32,682 nt of DNA, taken from a virus (taxonomy: Duplodnaviria; Caudoviricetes). Numbering within the stretch: position 1 is the stretch's first letter; every line of letters starts with the position of its first letter. Below are positions 1 to 8,501 of this stretch, in pieces. Made by a program: the position numbers and the translations under genes. Location of the stretch: positions 1-32,682 of the IMG/VR virus record IMGVR_UViG_3300037742_000092; one strand, 5' to 3'. The notes under the pieces were generated by a model. It was not told the origin of the DNA. It worked only from the letters and a program-made list of their open reading frames with translations, and searched no databases.

Positions 1-2
1 CT

Positions 3-1412
3 GACAACTGGTGTCAAGTTGTAGTTGAGGCTCCCACACAACGTCTTGAAATCACTGGTTGGACCTCAGACGATAAGGAAGCAGAGAAAAAGGCCGAGGA
101 AATTTGGGCTCAGTCGAATGTAGAACTTGAGGCGACTGATATCCACAGACAGGCGTTTATCAAGGGCGACAGCTACATGATGGTGTGGAAGACCCCGGCA
201 GACGTCAAACCGGAATTTGACTTCGATGATGATGGTGTAGACCTGTTCTACAACGATGCATTAGACGTAAATGTCTTCTACGACCCCGCAAACCTGCGTC
301 GGGCCTCTCGAGCCTCTAAGAAATGGGAAACTGAAGAGGGGGAGATTAGACTTAATCTGTACTTCCGTGATCGTATCGAGCAATACATCACCCCGAAGGA
401 TTCTACAGCTGCGGCATTAGCTGGTATGGAGGTGCCTGGGGAGACATTGCCGCCTGGTTGGCGTCGAGCGGGCGGGAATATCGACAACCCCTACGGTGTT
501 ATCCCGATTTTCCACTTCAAGAACCGTCCCGGGGGTTCAACCCACGGTATGTCGGAGTTGAAGACCGTTGTACCGATTCAGAACGCTGCCAATAAGGTCC
601 TGATGGATATGTTGCTGGGTTCTGAGTTCGCAGGGTTCCCCCAGAAGTGGATGGCAGGGTCTGGTCACCCTCGAGAGGGTTGGAAAGCCGGGGCGAACCG
701 TGTTTGGGCGACTACCGACCCGAATGCTCGCTTTGGTCAGTTTGCTGCGATGGAATTCGATGGGCCTCGAGAGTTCGTTGAGATGCTTGTTGCCCATACA
801 GCGAAAACCACTCAGACCCCCTTGCATTACCTACGTTCGTCGGGGGATATGCCATCAGGTGAGGCGTTGAAGACAGCTGAGGCGGGATTAGTTCACAAGT
901 GCCATGATCGCATTAAGCTGTGGAAGATTGAATGGGCCCGGGGTATGACCTTTGCTGTTCGGATCGCTGGTCATAAGCCTACGGCAATGGTCTTTCCTGT
1001 GTTCAAGCATGTTGAAACCCGACACGACCTCGAGCAGGCACAAACTGCACAGCTGAAGTCCATTCTAGGTGTTCCGCTTAGGAGATTGTGGTCCGAGCAC
1101 TTTGGCTACACGGATGAGGAGATAGATGAATTCTTGAAGGAGAATGCTGCTGTAGAGGCCCGTCTTGTGCAACAGGTACTCACGCAAACGGGTCAGGCAC
1201 CACCTGGAACCACGCTCGATTCACAAACTCTTACTCAGCTGATTGAGGGATTGGGCTCAGGACTTCAAGGGTTAGACCTGCCGGGATTGTTGGCAGCTTT
1301 AGGGAAAGGGGTATCATCGAAGACAACCGCTGGGGAGGCCACGGTTAAGGTCCAACCCAACACTGGTCCACCTGCATCACCAACTCGTAGAAGTACTGGA
1401 TTTAGAGATTAA
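3..1412 (+). CDS. Phage portal protein (SPP1 gp6-like), 5'-truncated by the window edge
   Basis: The frame is open from position 3 (DNWCQVVVEAPTQRLEITGW...IWAQSN...DIHRQAFIKGDSY), upstream of the listed ATG at 177. Portal-type motifs NPYGVIPIFHFKNR, GMSELKTVVPIQNAANK and MPSGEALKTAEAGLVHK are present. It is first in the head gene cluster. Confidence 0.92.
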   Translation, partial: DNWCQVVVEAPTQRLEITGWTSDDKEAEKKAEEIWAQSNVELEATDIHRQAFIKGDSYMMVWKTPADVKPEFDFDDDGVDLFYNDALDVNVFYDPANLRRASRASKKWETEEGEIRLNLYFRDRIEQYITPKDSTAAALAGMEVPGETLPPGWRRAGGNIDNPYGVIPIFHFKNRPGGSTHGMSELKTVVPIQNAANKVLMDMLLGSEFAGFPQKWMAGSGHPREGWKAGANRVWATTDPNARFGQFAAMEFDGPREFVEMLVAHTAKTTQTPLHYLRSSGDMPSGEALKTAEAGLVHKCHDRIKLWKIEWARGMTFAVRIAGHKPTAMVFPVFKHVETRHDLEQAQTAQLKSILGVPLRRLWSEHFGYTDEEIDEFLKENAAVEARLVQQVLTQTGQAPPGTTLDSQTLTQLIEGLGSGLQGLDLPGLLAALGKGVSSKTTAGEATVKVQPNTGPPASPTRRSTGFRD

Positions 1413-1427
1413 CAAGGAGGAAACAGA

Positions 1428-1886
1428 ATGGCAGCAGTTGTAGCGAACATAAGTAAGGGGAGAATTGCTCACTATGCGAGCCTTCCAGCAGCAAACGACG
1501 CCTTGATCCTGGTTTTGTTGAAGTCGGCTGGCGTCGAGTCTCAAGCGACACTTCAGGATTACGACACCTTGCAGGCACTTCTCGCCGCAACTAACGATGA
1601 GTGTGACTTCACGAACTACACCCGCAAGACTCTCAGCGTTACCCAGAACGCAGTTGACGACACCAACAACTGGTGGAATATCGACGTGGCTGACGTTGTC
1701 TACACCTCAGCTGGCGGGGCGACTAACAACACCGGCGCCATGGCAGTTGTCTGCTACGACCCGGATACCACAGCCGGCACTGACGCCGACCTCGTTCCCA
1801 TGGGCATCTTCGATGCGTCGTTCACTACTAATGGAAACAACCTCAACGTCAACATCAACGCTTCTGGGTTGTTAAGGGCTGCATAA
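1428..1886 (+). CDS. Small beta-rich virion structural protein (putative fibre/appendage subunit)
   Basis: 152 aa, strong SD AAGGAGG, Ala/Thr/Asn/Asp-rich. The motifs TNYTRKTL and VVCYDPDT...DADLVPM resemble small actinophage structural proteins. Its stop overlaps the next start (TAATG). Confidence 0.6.
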   Translation: MAAVVANISKGRIAHYASLPAANDALILVLLKSAGVESQATLQDYDTLQALLAATNDECDFTNYTRKTLSVTQNAVDDTNNWWNIDVADVVYTSAGGATNNTGAMAVVCYDPDTTAGTDADLVPMGIFDASFTTNGNNLNVNINASGLLRAA

Positions 1887-3076
1887 TGAAAAAGCGCCCA
1901 ATTGCTGCGGCAGCTTTAATTGCTGCCCTGTTACTTGTGTGGGCGATTCCAGGTTCAACTCAAACTGAACCCACTGTAGAGGAGCGGCTTGATCGGTTAG
2001 AGTGTGCGGTGTTCGAGGAGAATTGTGAACCCGACCCGTCACCGTCACCGACAGTTTCTCCTACTCCAACAATGTCGCCTAGCCCAAGCCCTTCACCTAC
2101 TAATCCAGTTAGTTGTACGGGCGTCAGGGTGACAGCTCCGGCGAGTATCCAGACGGCGATCAATAACAACCCCACGAATACGCCGTTCTGTTTGTCGGGG
2201 ACATTCCATCAAGGCAAGCTCAGACCTAAGGACGGTCAGAGCTTTAAAGACGCCGGAGTAGTAAACAGTCCAGCTACACTCGACGGTGACGATACCTTCG
2301 ATACGGGATTCCAGATCCGTACCAATTCAGGCTCTACTACAGGGGCTGAAGGCGTCACTATCGATAATGTGGACATGCACAGCTTCACGTTGCGTGGAGT
2401 AGATTGTTGGATCGGCACGACCGTTCGTAACTCGGAGATTTACAACAACAACCGTAATGCTCTTGGGTGTGGGCTACTCGCTCAGGGTGATGTGCTGATC
2501 GAAGACAACCACGTACATGATAACGGTTCGCCAGAGGAATCTGGTAGTGGTGGCGGTGGCATGAAGTTCGCTCGTGGTGACGGAGTTCTGGTTCGTCGAA
2601 ACCTAGTCGAGCGAAACATCGGCAATGGTATCTGGTGCGATGTGGATTGTGGCCTCTTCGAAGTTCGTAACAACGAAGTGCGAGGCAACACCCGCAAGGG
2701 GATCTTCTTTGAAATCTCCAAGGGCCCGTTCTTCGCTGTTAATAACGATGTGACTGAGAACAATTGCTCTCCGGTCTGGTGGCCTAATCCTAAACCCGCT
2801 TGTGATCTGCCCAACGGTACCTTTGGTCCACAGAACTCTGGTGCGCCTGGTGGTGGGATCGCAACTAACTCGTCGTGCCCAGCGTCATCCCAGCAGTGCG
2901 TGATTCGGGACAACGTCCTTGGGGGCAACATGGCATCGGGGATTACTCATCGAGATGACAGTCGGCAGTATAATGCTCCATTCAATATCCTCGTCACTGG
3001 CAACGACCTTAATGGTGATCAGTTGCAGAAGTGTGGTCAGTGGGGGATCGTCTGTACTGGGAATGAGCTAAACTAA
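1886..3076 (+). CDS. Secreted right-handed parallel beta-helix protein (pectate-lyase-like fold)
   Basis: N-terminal Sec-type signal (MKKR + hydrophobic stretch), Pro/Ser/Thr linker, and PbH1-like repeats (IEDNHVHDN, VRRNLVERN, GIWCDVD, VRNNEVRGN, GIFFEIS). 14 Cys. Confidence 0.8.
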   Translation: MKKRPIAAAALIAALLLVWAIPGSTQTEPTVEERLDRLECAVFEENCEPDPSPSPTVSPTPTMSPSPSPSPTNPVSCTGVRVTAPASIQTAINNNPTNTPFCLSGTFHQGKLRPKDGQSFKDAGVVNSPATLDGDDTFDTGFQIRTNSGSTTGAEGVTIDNVDMHSFTLRGVDCWIGTTVRNSEIYNNNRNALGCGLLAQGDVLIEDNHVHDNGSPEESGSGGGGMKFARGDGVLVRRNLVERNIGNGIWCDVDCGLFEVRNNEVRGNTRKGIFFEISKGPFFAVNNDVTENNCSPVWWPNPKPACDLPNGTFGPQNSGAPGGGIATNSSCPASSQQCVIRDNVLGGNMASGITHRDDSRQYNAPFNILVTGNDLNGDQLQKCGQWGIVCTGNELN

Positions 3077-6000
3077 ATGACCATTGCTGTTGAGCAGGTC
3101 AATGCTGGTACCGGCACAAACAAAACGTCTGGTACCAACAACCTCACGGTCACGGTCGCAGAGGCGATCGCTGCTGGCAAGTATGCTGTGCTTGCGGTGG
3201 TCTCGAACAACCTCCTGACCACGGATGGTTCATCTACAGACATTTCAATCACCGACAGCCGGGGTAATACCTGGTCGAGAGATGTAGAAGAAACACGTAG
3301 TGGCGGGGCGGCTGCTGGCGGAGTTATCGTCGGGCTGTTCCGGACTCTGGTTACAACGGGCTTGCAGGTCGGCGACACGATCACGGTCACTACCAGCGCT
3401 GAGGTTATCGCCAAAGGTGCAGGTCTATTTTCGGTGACAGTCGGTGCAGGTAACACGCTTGACTTCATTAATAGGAACGTAGAGTTCGTTACGGCCACTG
3501 CTTACAGTGTTACGTTGGACCTTGGAAGCTCTGCAGCGACTCTTTGGGTTGGAGTTAACGGGTATGAGGGTCCGACAGGTAACTTCAATGCCCCCGACGT
3601 GGACTACACACAGTTGTTCGGAGGTCTGCTCGGTACATCCGGAGGAGCGGCGGCTTCCAACGTCTCTGCCGGTGCCGGGTATCTCATTAGCACGGCTCAG
3701 ACCGAAACCTACGATAGAACCAGCGTAGCAAGCTCCGACCGAGCAGCCATCCTGGCCGGATACCGTGAGGTATCTAGTGGTGTTAGTGTCACCCTCGACC
3801 TTGCTTCAGAAACGGATACAGCGTTTGATGTAGTAGTCGGAAATGATGTTACGACTTCGCTTGATATTGCTACCGAAACAGGTTCAGCCTTTGAACTCTC
3901 AGTAACCGTCGATAGTAACGATGTCACGGTTAACCTCGACCTAGCCACCGAGACGGATTCGGCCTTCAACTTCTCGGTCGGAAACGACGTTACGGTCACC
4001 TTGGACTTGGCTGTAGAGACCAATAGTGCGTTTGATCTTGAGGCCGATACCCCAGCTGCATCTGTCACAGTGGTAACTGCTGTTGGTGACGATTGGTATG
4101 TCAACGGCACGATTATAAATGAGGGTTCTCAATACGTTGAAGGTCAAATGCTTAGCGCCCGCATGGTGCAGGCTCTATTCGATGTGGAAGACGACGGTGG
4201 GCCGAGCGACCCCACTGACTATCAGTATCCCGGTGAGGTCTCCACATGGACTGCTCCTCGTGATCCCGATAGAAACGTCGCTGAGTTCATAGCAGCTATT
4301 CCTACCTACCGATCTTATGGGCTCAACATGGTCACTGTTTGTATGCAGGGTGGCGCAGTCGGTAGAGCATCAGGAAACTGGATCATTGGTGGCAACGGCA
4401 TCTCTGCGTGGAACCCTGACGGCACGATTAAAGCCGCTTGGAAGACTCGTCTTATTGCGTTGATGGAAGCTTGTGATGATGAAGGCATGATCCTGAATCT
4501 CCAATGCTTCTATCATAACCGAGATGATGTCTTAACCAACGAGACCGCAGTGACGAACGCCCTGCATACTCTCATTGATATTATCCTTGATCCAGCGGAG
4601 AACGGGTCTCGTCACTTTAGGAATGTGTTGTTTGAGGTTGTGAACGAGGCCGGTACTACTCAAGCTCACACAATGCTCAACATCGGTTCGATGGGGACTA
4701 CGATCCCTGACCTGAAGTCGTACGTATCGACTAATCACTCGGGAAAGACGCTGTTGTTTTCATGTTCTCGCCCAGGTGGGTCCAGCCCAGATAACGCCAT
4801 CATCGGTGTGTTCGACTACATCTCGCTACATACCAACAACGACACCCCCACTGACGTTATTAACTCGATCAATGCCACGCTAGCCAAAGGTAACTACAAC
4901 GGCTGTCCCATTCAGGTCACAGAAGACAACACGCCGTTCGGCGAGGCTGAACCGACTAGCTTCCCGAATATGGTGGCGGCGGTAGAAACCTGTGGTCGTG
5001 GCTGGGGCTTCTACGATCAACCCGATTATATCGAGCTCACTCAGCCAGGTGCCAACTACATCGACGGCTTCCAGTCGCCCCCGGTCAATTGGGGAGTCAA
5101 TACGCCACGCAAGCAGTTGTACTTCGATGCTGTCGATTCGTACACATCTGGTGACATCACTATTGTCCTTGACTTGGCGACTGAAAATGATACAGCTAAT
5201 GATTTGACGGTAGAGAACCCCCAGTCTCTTACCCTTGACATAGCTACGGAAACTGATCAAGCCAATGACTTGACAGTCGAGAATCCCCAGTCATTAACTC
5301 TTGACCTTGCTACAGAAACTGAAACCGCTTTTGGATTAGTTATTGACAACCCCCAGTCGATTGCGCTTGACCTGGCCACAGAAACGGAAACTGCGCTTGA
5401 CCTGTCAATAGATAACCCACAGTTGGTTGTTCTCGACTTGGCAACGGAAACTGAAACCGCCCAGAGCCTTTCTGTAGAGGTTCAACAGCCAGAAGTTATC
5501 ACGCTAAGCCTTGCCACCGAGACAGACTCTGCATTTAACTTGGATTTGGGGTCGGAGATAAGTGTTACCCTCGACTTGGCGACAGAGACTGATAGCGCCC
5601 TTGATCTGACGTCGCAAGTGGATAATCCCACTACGGTTGAGTTAACCCTCGCTACGGAAACTGACAGTGCACTTGAACTTACTGTTGAGAACCCCAACTC
5701 AGTAACTCTCGACTTGGCGACTGAGGTAGATACGGCTTATGACTTTACCATAGTTAACCCCGTATCGGTTACACTTGACCTCGCCACAGAGACGGATACG
5801 GCTCATGACCTTACAGCTGAGGATCAGGGTGCAACGGTAGTTAACCTGGACCAGGCTACAGAAACTGATCAAGGGTTTGAGGTCTCAGTCTCTATTGATG
5901 GAGGCCCAGTTAACGCCTCCCTCGATGAAGCGATTGAAACCTCAACTGCGTTCGACCTGGCAATTGATATTGAGGACCCAGTTGTGGTTACTCTCGACCT

Positions 6001-6415
6001 CGCCGTTGAGACGGAATCGGCGTCTGACCTCTTAATTGATCAGGATAACACCGTTGTTGTCAACCTTGACTTGGCTCAGGAAGTTGAGAGTGCGTTTGAG
6101 CTCACTGTTGGGATTGACGAACTAGTTATCCTTGATTTGGCCCTGGAGATGAATACGGCCTTTGATGTTGATATTAGCCAAGATTCTCCAGTTGAAGTAG
6201 AGCTTGATCTAGCAGAAGAACTAAACAGCGCCCTTGACCTATTAGCTTCATGGGATCAGGATCTCACCTTAGACCTAGCGATGGAGACGGATGAGGCCTT
6301 TGGTCTGTTCTTGATGATCGGTGACTTAGGGTCCCCTGTAGATATGCCGGGGTTTACGATAGACTTCTCCAACCAATTGCAAGTAGTCCTAGATGACGAT
6401 GGGAGTACCCAGTGA
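3077..6415 (+). CDS. Large acidic repeat protein with an internal glycoside-hydrolase-like TIM barrel (putative virion fibre)
   Basis: 1112 aa. N-terminal beta-rich domain, then about 21 copies of a 21-25 aa repeat (V-x-L-D-L-A-T-E-T-D-[ST]-A-x-D-L). Central domain has clan GH-A-like motifs FEVVNE, YISLH, IQVTED and GWGFYD. Confidence 0.7.
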   Translation: MTIAVEQVNAGTGTNKTSGTNNLTVTVAEAIAAGKYAVLAVVSNNLLTTDGSSTDISITDSRGNTWSRDVEETRSGGAAAGGVIVGLFRTLVTTGLQVGDTITVTTSAEVIAKGAGLFSVTVGAGNTLDFINRNVEFVTATAYSVTLDLGSSAATLWVGVNGYEGPTGNFNAPDVDYTQLFGGLLGTSGGAAASNVSAGAGYLISTAQTETYDRTSVASSDRAAILAGYREVSSGVSVTLDLASETDTAFDVVVGNDVTTSLDIATETGSAFELSVTVDSNDVTVNLDLATETDSAFNFSVGNDVTVTLDLAVETNSAFDLEADTPAASVTVVTAVGDDWYVNGTIINEGSQYVEGQMLSARMVQALFDVEDDGGPSDPTDYQYPGEVSTWTAPRDPDRNVAEFIAAIPTYRSYGLNMVTVCMQGGAVGRASGNWIIGGNGISAWNPDGTIKAAWKTRLIALMEACDDEGMILNLQCFYHNRDDVLTNETAVTNALHTLIDIILDPAENGSRHFRNVLFEVVNEAGTTQAHTMLNIGSMGTTIPDLKSYVSTNHSGKTLLFSCSRPGGSSPDNAIIGVFDYISLHTNNDTPTDVINSINATLAKGNYNGCPIQVTEDNTPFGEAEPTSFPNMVAAVETCGRGWGFYDQPDYIELTQPGANYIDGFQSPPVNWGVNTPRKQLYFDAVDSYTSGDITIVLDLATENDTANDLTVENPQSLTLDIATETDQANDLTVENPQSLTLDLATETETAFGLVIDNPQSIALDLATETETALDLSIDNPQLVVLDLATETETAQSLSVEVQQPEVITLSLATETDSAFNLDLGSEISVTLDLATETDSALDLTSQVDNPTTVELTLATETDSALELTVENPNSVTLDLATEVDTAYDFTIVNPVSVTLDLATETDTAHDLTAEDQGATVVNLDQATETDQGFEVSVSIDGGPVNASLDEAIETSTAFDLAIDIEDPVVVTLDLAVETESASDLLIDQDNTVVVNLDLAQEVESAFELTVGIDELVILDLALEMNTAFDVDISQDSPVEVELDLAEELNSALDLLASWDQDLTLDLAMETDEAFGLFLMIGDLGSPVDMPGFTIDFSNQLQVVLDDDGSTQ
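3782..4050 (+). repeat. Coding tandem repeat block 1 (4 units of LDLATETDSAFDL)
   Basis: Four degenerate 22-25 aa units are visible in the translation. They are diverged at synonymous positions. Confidence 0.85.
5155..6330 (+). repeat. Coding tandem repeat block 2 (about 17 units of LDLATETDxAxDL)
   Basis: Seventeen units counted by eye, with a period of roughly 66-75 nt. No Lys or Arg occurs in this block. Confidence 0.85.
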
Positions 6416-6762
6416 CAACAACTGAGATAGATTACTCCGTTAAGCGGGGTGACCATGGGGGCACTATCAGCGGTGTGATGAGTGATAATGGGGCTCCAGT
6501 TAATCTTAGTGGTGCAACTATTAGGTTCCAAATGAGAAGACGATTTAAGTCTGATGAGGACCCTGTAGTAGATTATGAGTTGATCGGTGATTGGATTGAC
6601 CTTGAAAATTCTCATGTAAGATATGTTTGGCAAGCAGGCGATACCGATGAAGTTGGGCTCTTTGAGGCAGAATGGGAGGTAACATATAGCAGCGGTCAAG
6701 TTCAGACATTCCCCACCGGTAGGCGGAAGTTCCTGTTGATCGAGGTGCAAGACGATGTTTGA
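6412..6762 (+). CDS. BppU N-terminal-like Ig-fold adaptor protein
   Basis: Pattern VKRGD...PVNLSGATIRFQM...VRYVWQAGDTDEVGLFEAEWEVTYSSGQVQTFP is typical of BppU-family fibre-anchoring domains. GTGA overlap with the upstream gene. Confidence 0.7.
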   Translation: MTTTEIDYSVKRGDHGGTISGVMSDNGAPVNLSGATIRFQMRRRFKSDEDPVVDYELIGDWIDLENSHVRYVWQAGDTDEVGLFEAEWEVTYSSGQVQTFPTGRRKFLLIEVQDDV

Positions 6763-6835
6763 CCCATTTGAGTTCGATGATCTAGAGTTGAGTACGGAAG
6801 CAGACGCCGACTATCTTGAGTTCGGTGCAGAGTAG
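6755..6835 (+). CDS. Putative 26-aa acidic micro-protein (MFDPFEFDDLELSTEADADYLEFGAE)
   Basis: ATG at 6755 is preceded by GAGGTG. It overlaps the upstream stop and fills the gap up to the SD of the next gene. Not in the ORF track. Confidence 0.4.
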   Translation: MFDPFEFDDLELSTEADADYLEFGAE

Positions 6836-6845
6836 AGGAGGAACC

Positions 6846-7415
6846 ATGGCTGGAACATTAACCCGTTGTGTACCGCAGGATCATGTGAGGGTAGATAACC
6901 CTTGGGGTCTTACCATTGTAACCCACAGGGCTCTTAAAGAGCGCCTGAAAAGGGCCATCGATAATGTCGAGCGTAAGAATAAAAGGCGAGCAGTTGCTGG
7001 TCGATCCACATGGTCACCTGAGCGATGCGACGGGTATAATTGTAGGCAGATAAGGGGATCAACAGCGTGGTCGAGGCATGCCTATGCCGCAGCGAATGAT
7101 TGGTTCGACTTGCCCCTGCCGCAGGTGCCCGATATTTGGGGTCCTAAGAACGCTCCCCCCCGATGGTGGGCTCGAGAGTTCACGAAGCTGGGTTTCTCAT
7201 GGGGTGGCAATTGGACTTCTCGAAAAGACTACCCACACATTGAATGGCCAAGTAACTGGGTGCCTGAACTTCAACCCGTAGTGGTCGATCGCTTCGTTGT
7301 GACAATGAACAAGGTCTTCAACACCAAGCGTGGCGCTCGTCGTGCGATCAAGCGGATGCAGAAGGACCATTGGAAGCAAAAGGGTGAGATTGAAAAGAAG
7401 CAGGTGGGGAAATAG
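6846..7415 (+). CDS. M15-family zinc peptidase (peptidoglycan endopeptidase, endolysin candidate)
   Basis: Motifs GYNCRQIRGS, WSRHAYAAAND (SxHxxxxAxD) and FSWGGNW...DYPHIE. Start moved to ATG 6846, which follows AGGAGG. Confidence 0.88.
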   Translation: MAGTLTRCVPQDHVRVDNPWGLTIVTHRALKERLKRAIDNVERKNKRRAVAGRSTWSPERCDGYNCRQIRGSTAWSRHAYAAANDWFDLPLPQVPDIWGPKNAPPRWWAREFTKLGFSWGGNWTSRKDYPHIEWPSNWVPELQPVVVDRFVVTMNKVFNTKRGARRAIKRMQKDHWKQKGEIEKKQVGK

Positions 7416-7669
7416 TGGGAAAGCATCACCCTGATGCGGATCAATATATCGGTCGGGCGTTAGAAGACGTCCTTGATGTAGAGGAGGCCAGACACGGTAA
7501 AGATGACCTGTGGTATTGTCAGACTTGCGGTCATGGACCCAATGCCAATGCGGCAGACGGTGCATGCCCCCAGTGTGGACGAGATGTACTTGGCCGTCAG
7601 ACAGGTATAGTAATGCCTAAGCTTGATAGAGAGCCTAGGCCTCAAACTAGGGATGATGTTCCTGGTTGA
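7415..7669 (+). CDS. Small zinc-ribbon protein
   Basis: 84 aa with CQTC...CPQC. The GTG start overlaps the upstream TAG. Confidence 0.55.
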   Translation: MGKHHPDADQYIGRALEDVLDVEEARHGKDDLWYCQTCGHGPNANAADGACPQCGRDVLGRQTGIVMPKLDREPRPQTRDDVPG

Positions 7670-7695
7670 CCTGTACGGCTTGGATGATGTATACT
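7666..7695 (+). promoter_or_regulatory. Sigma70/SigA-type promoter for the scaffold-capsid genes
   Basis: TTGACC (7666-7671), 18 nt spacer, TATACT (7690-7695), about 30 nt before the scaffold start with SD AAGGAGG. Confidence 0.65.
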
Positions 7696-7723
7696 AGGCC
7701 CGACCCCTTGAAGGAGGAGTTTC

Positions 7724-8485
7724 GTGAAAGAACTAAACGACCAGGCGTTTCCTGGGGCTATTCAGGGTTTTTGGTGGAGGGGCAAATTCCGGCCCTTCAT
7801 TGCAGGCGCTGATGGCACAGAGGACACTGACTCGAAAGATTCCAGTGGCGGGACTGACACCGATGATAAGTCAGGCGGGACCGATTCCGATAAGTCGGGC
7901 GAAGGAGACAAGGACAAGGATGAGAAGAAGTTCTCGCAAGCTGAACTCGACTCTCTCATCTCGAAGTCAAAGTCGAAGGCCCTTCGTGGTAAACTCGACC
8001 CCAAAGAATTGGGTTTCGATTCACGCAAGGAAATGGAAGACTTCATTGCTGCAGCCAAGGACAAGCAGACTGAAGATCAAACCGAATCCGAGCGTCAACT
8101 TGAGGAAGCGAAGACTAAGGCTCGTGAAGAGGCCAAGCAAGAGGTCATGAAGCCAGCTCAGAGAATCGCCTTGAAGGCGGAATTCAAGTTGGCTTGTGCC
8201 GATAAGAACATACCCCGTGATCGTGCAGATGATGCGTTCTCTATTGCTCAGAATCTTGAGGAATGGAAGGATGTAGATATCGACGACCAGGGTGTGGTCA
8301 AGGGCCTTGACGATACTTTCTTCGACGCACTTAAGGAATCGAAGCCCTGGCTCTTCAAGGAAGAGGGTTCTGAAGATAAGGGATCGGGTGACATTGGTGC
8401 AGGAGCTGGTGGAGGATCACGTAAATCTTCGGAAACAGCTGATGAAACGAAGATGCGTGAAACCTATCCAGCTCTACGTCGGTAG
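7724..8485 (+). CDS. Capsid scaffolding protein
   Basis: D/K/G-rich disordered N-region, then KKFSQAELDSLI, a coiled coil and KESKPWLFK. It lies upstream of the capsid genes. Confidence 0.88.
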   Translation: MKELNDQAFPGAIQGFWWRGKFRPFIAGADGTEDTDSKDSSGGTDTDDKSGGTDSDKSGEGDKDKDEKKFSQAELDSLISKSKSKALRGKLDPKELGFDSRKEMEDFIAAAKDKQTEDQTESERQLEEAKTKAREEAKQEVMKPAQRIALKAEFKLACADKNIPRDRADDAFSIAQNLEEWKDVDIDDQGVVKGLDDTFFDALKESKPWLFKEEGSEDKGSGDIGAGAGGGSRKSSETADETKMRETYPALRR

Positions 8486-8501
8486 TTAGGAGGCTTTGAG
8501 A

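Noticed and set aside
5155-6330. Periodic ~66-75 nt repeats that could suggest a CRISPR array, especially with a Cas4-like gene in the window
   Set aside because: The repeats are degenerate at third codon positions and lie in-frame in a long ORF. There are no identical direct repeats with unique spacers.
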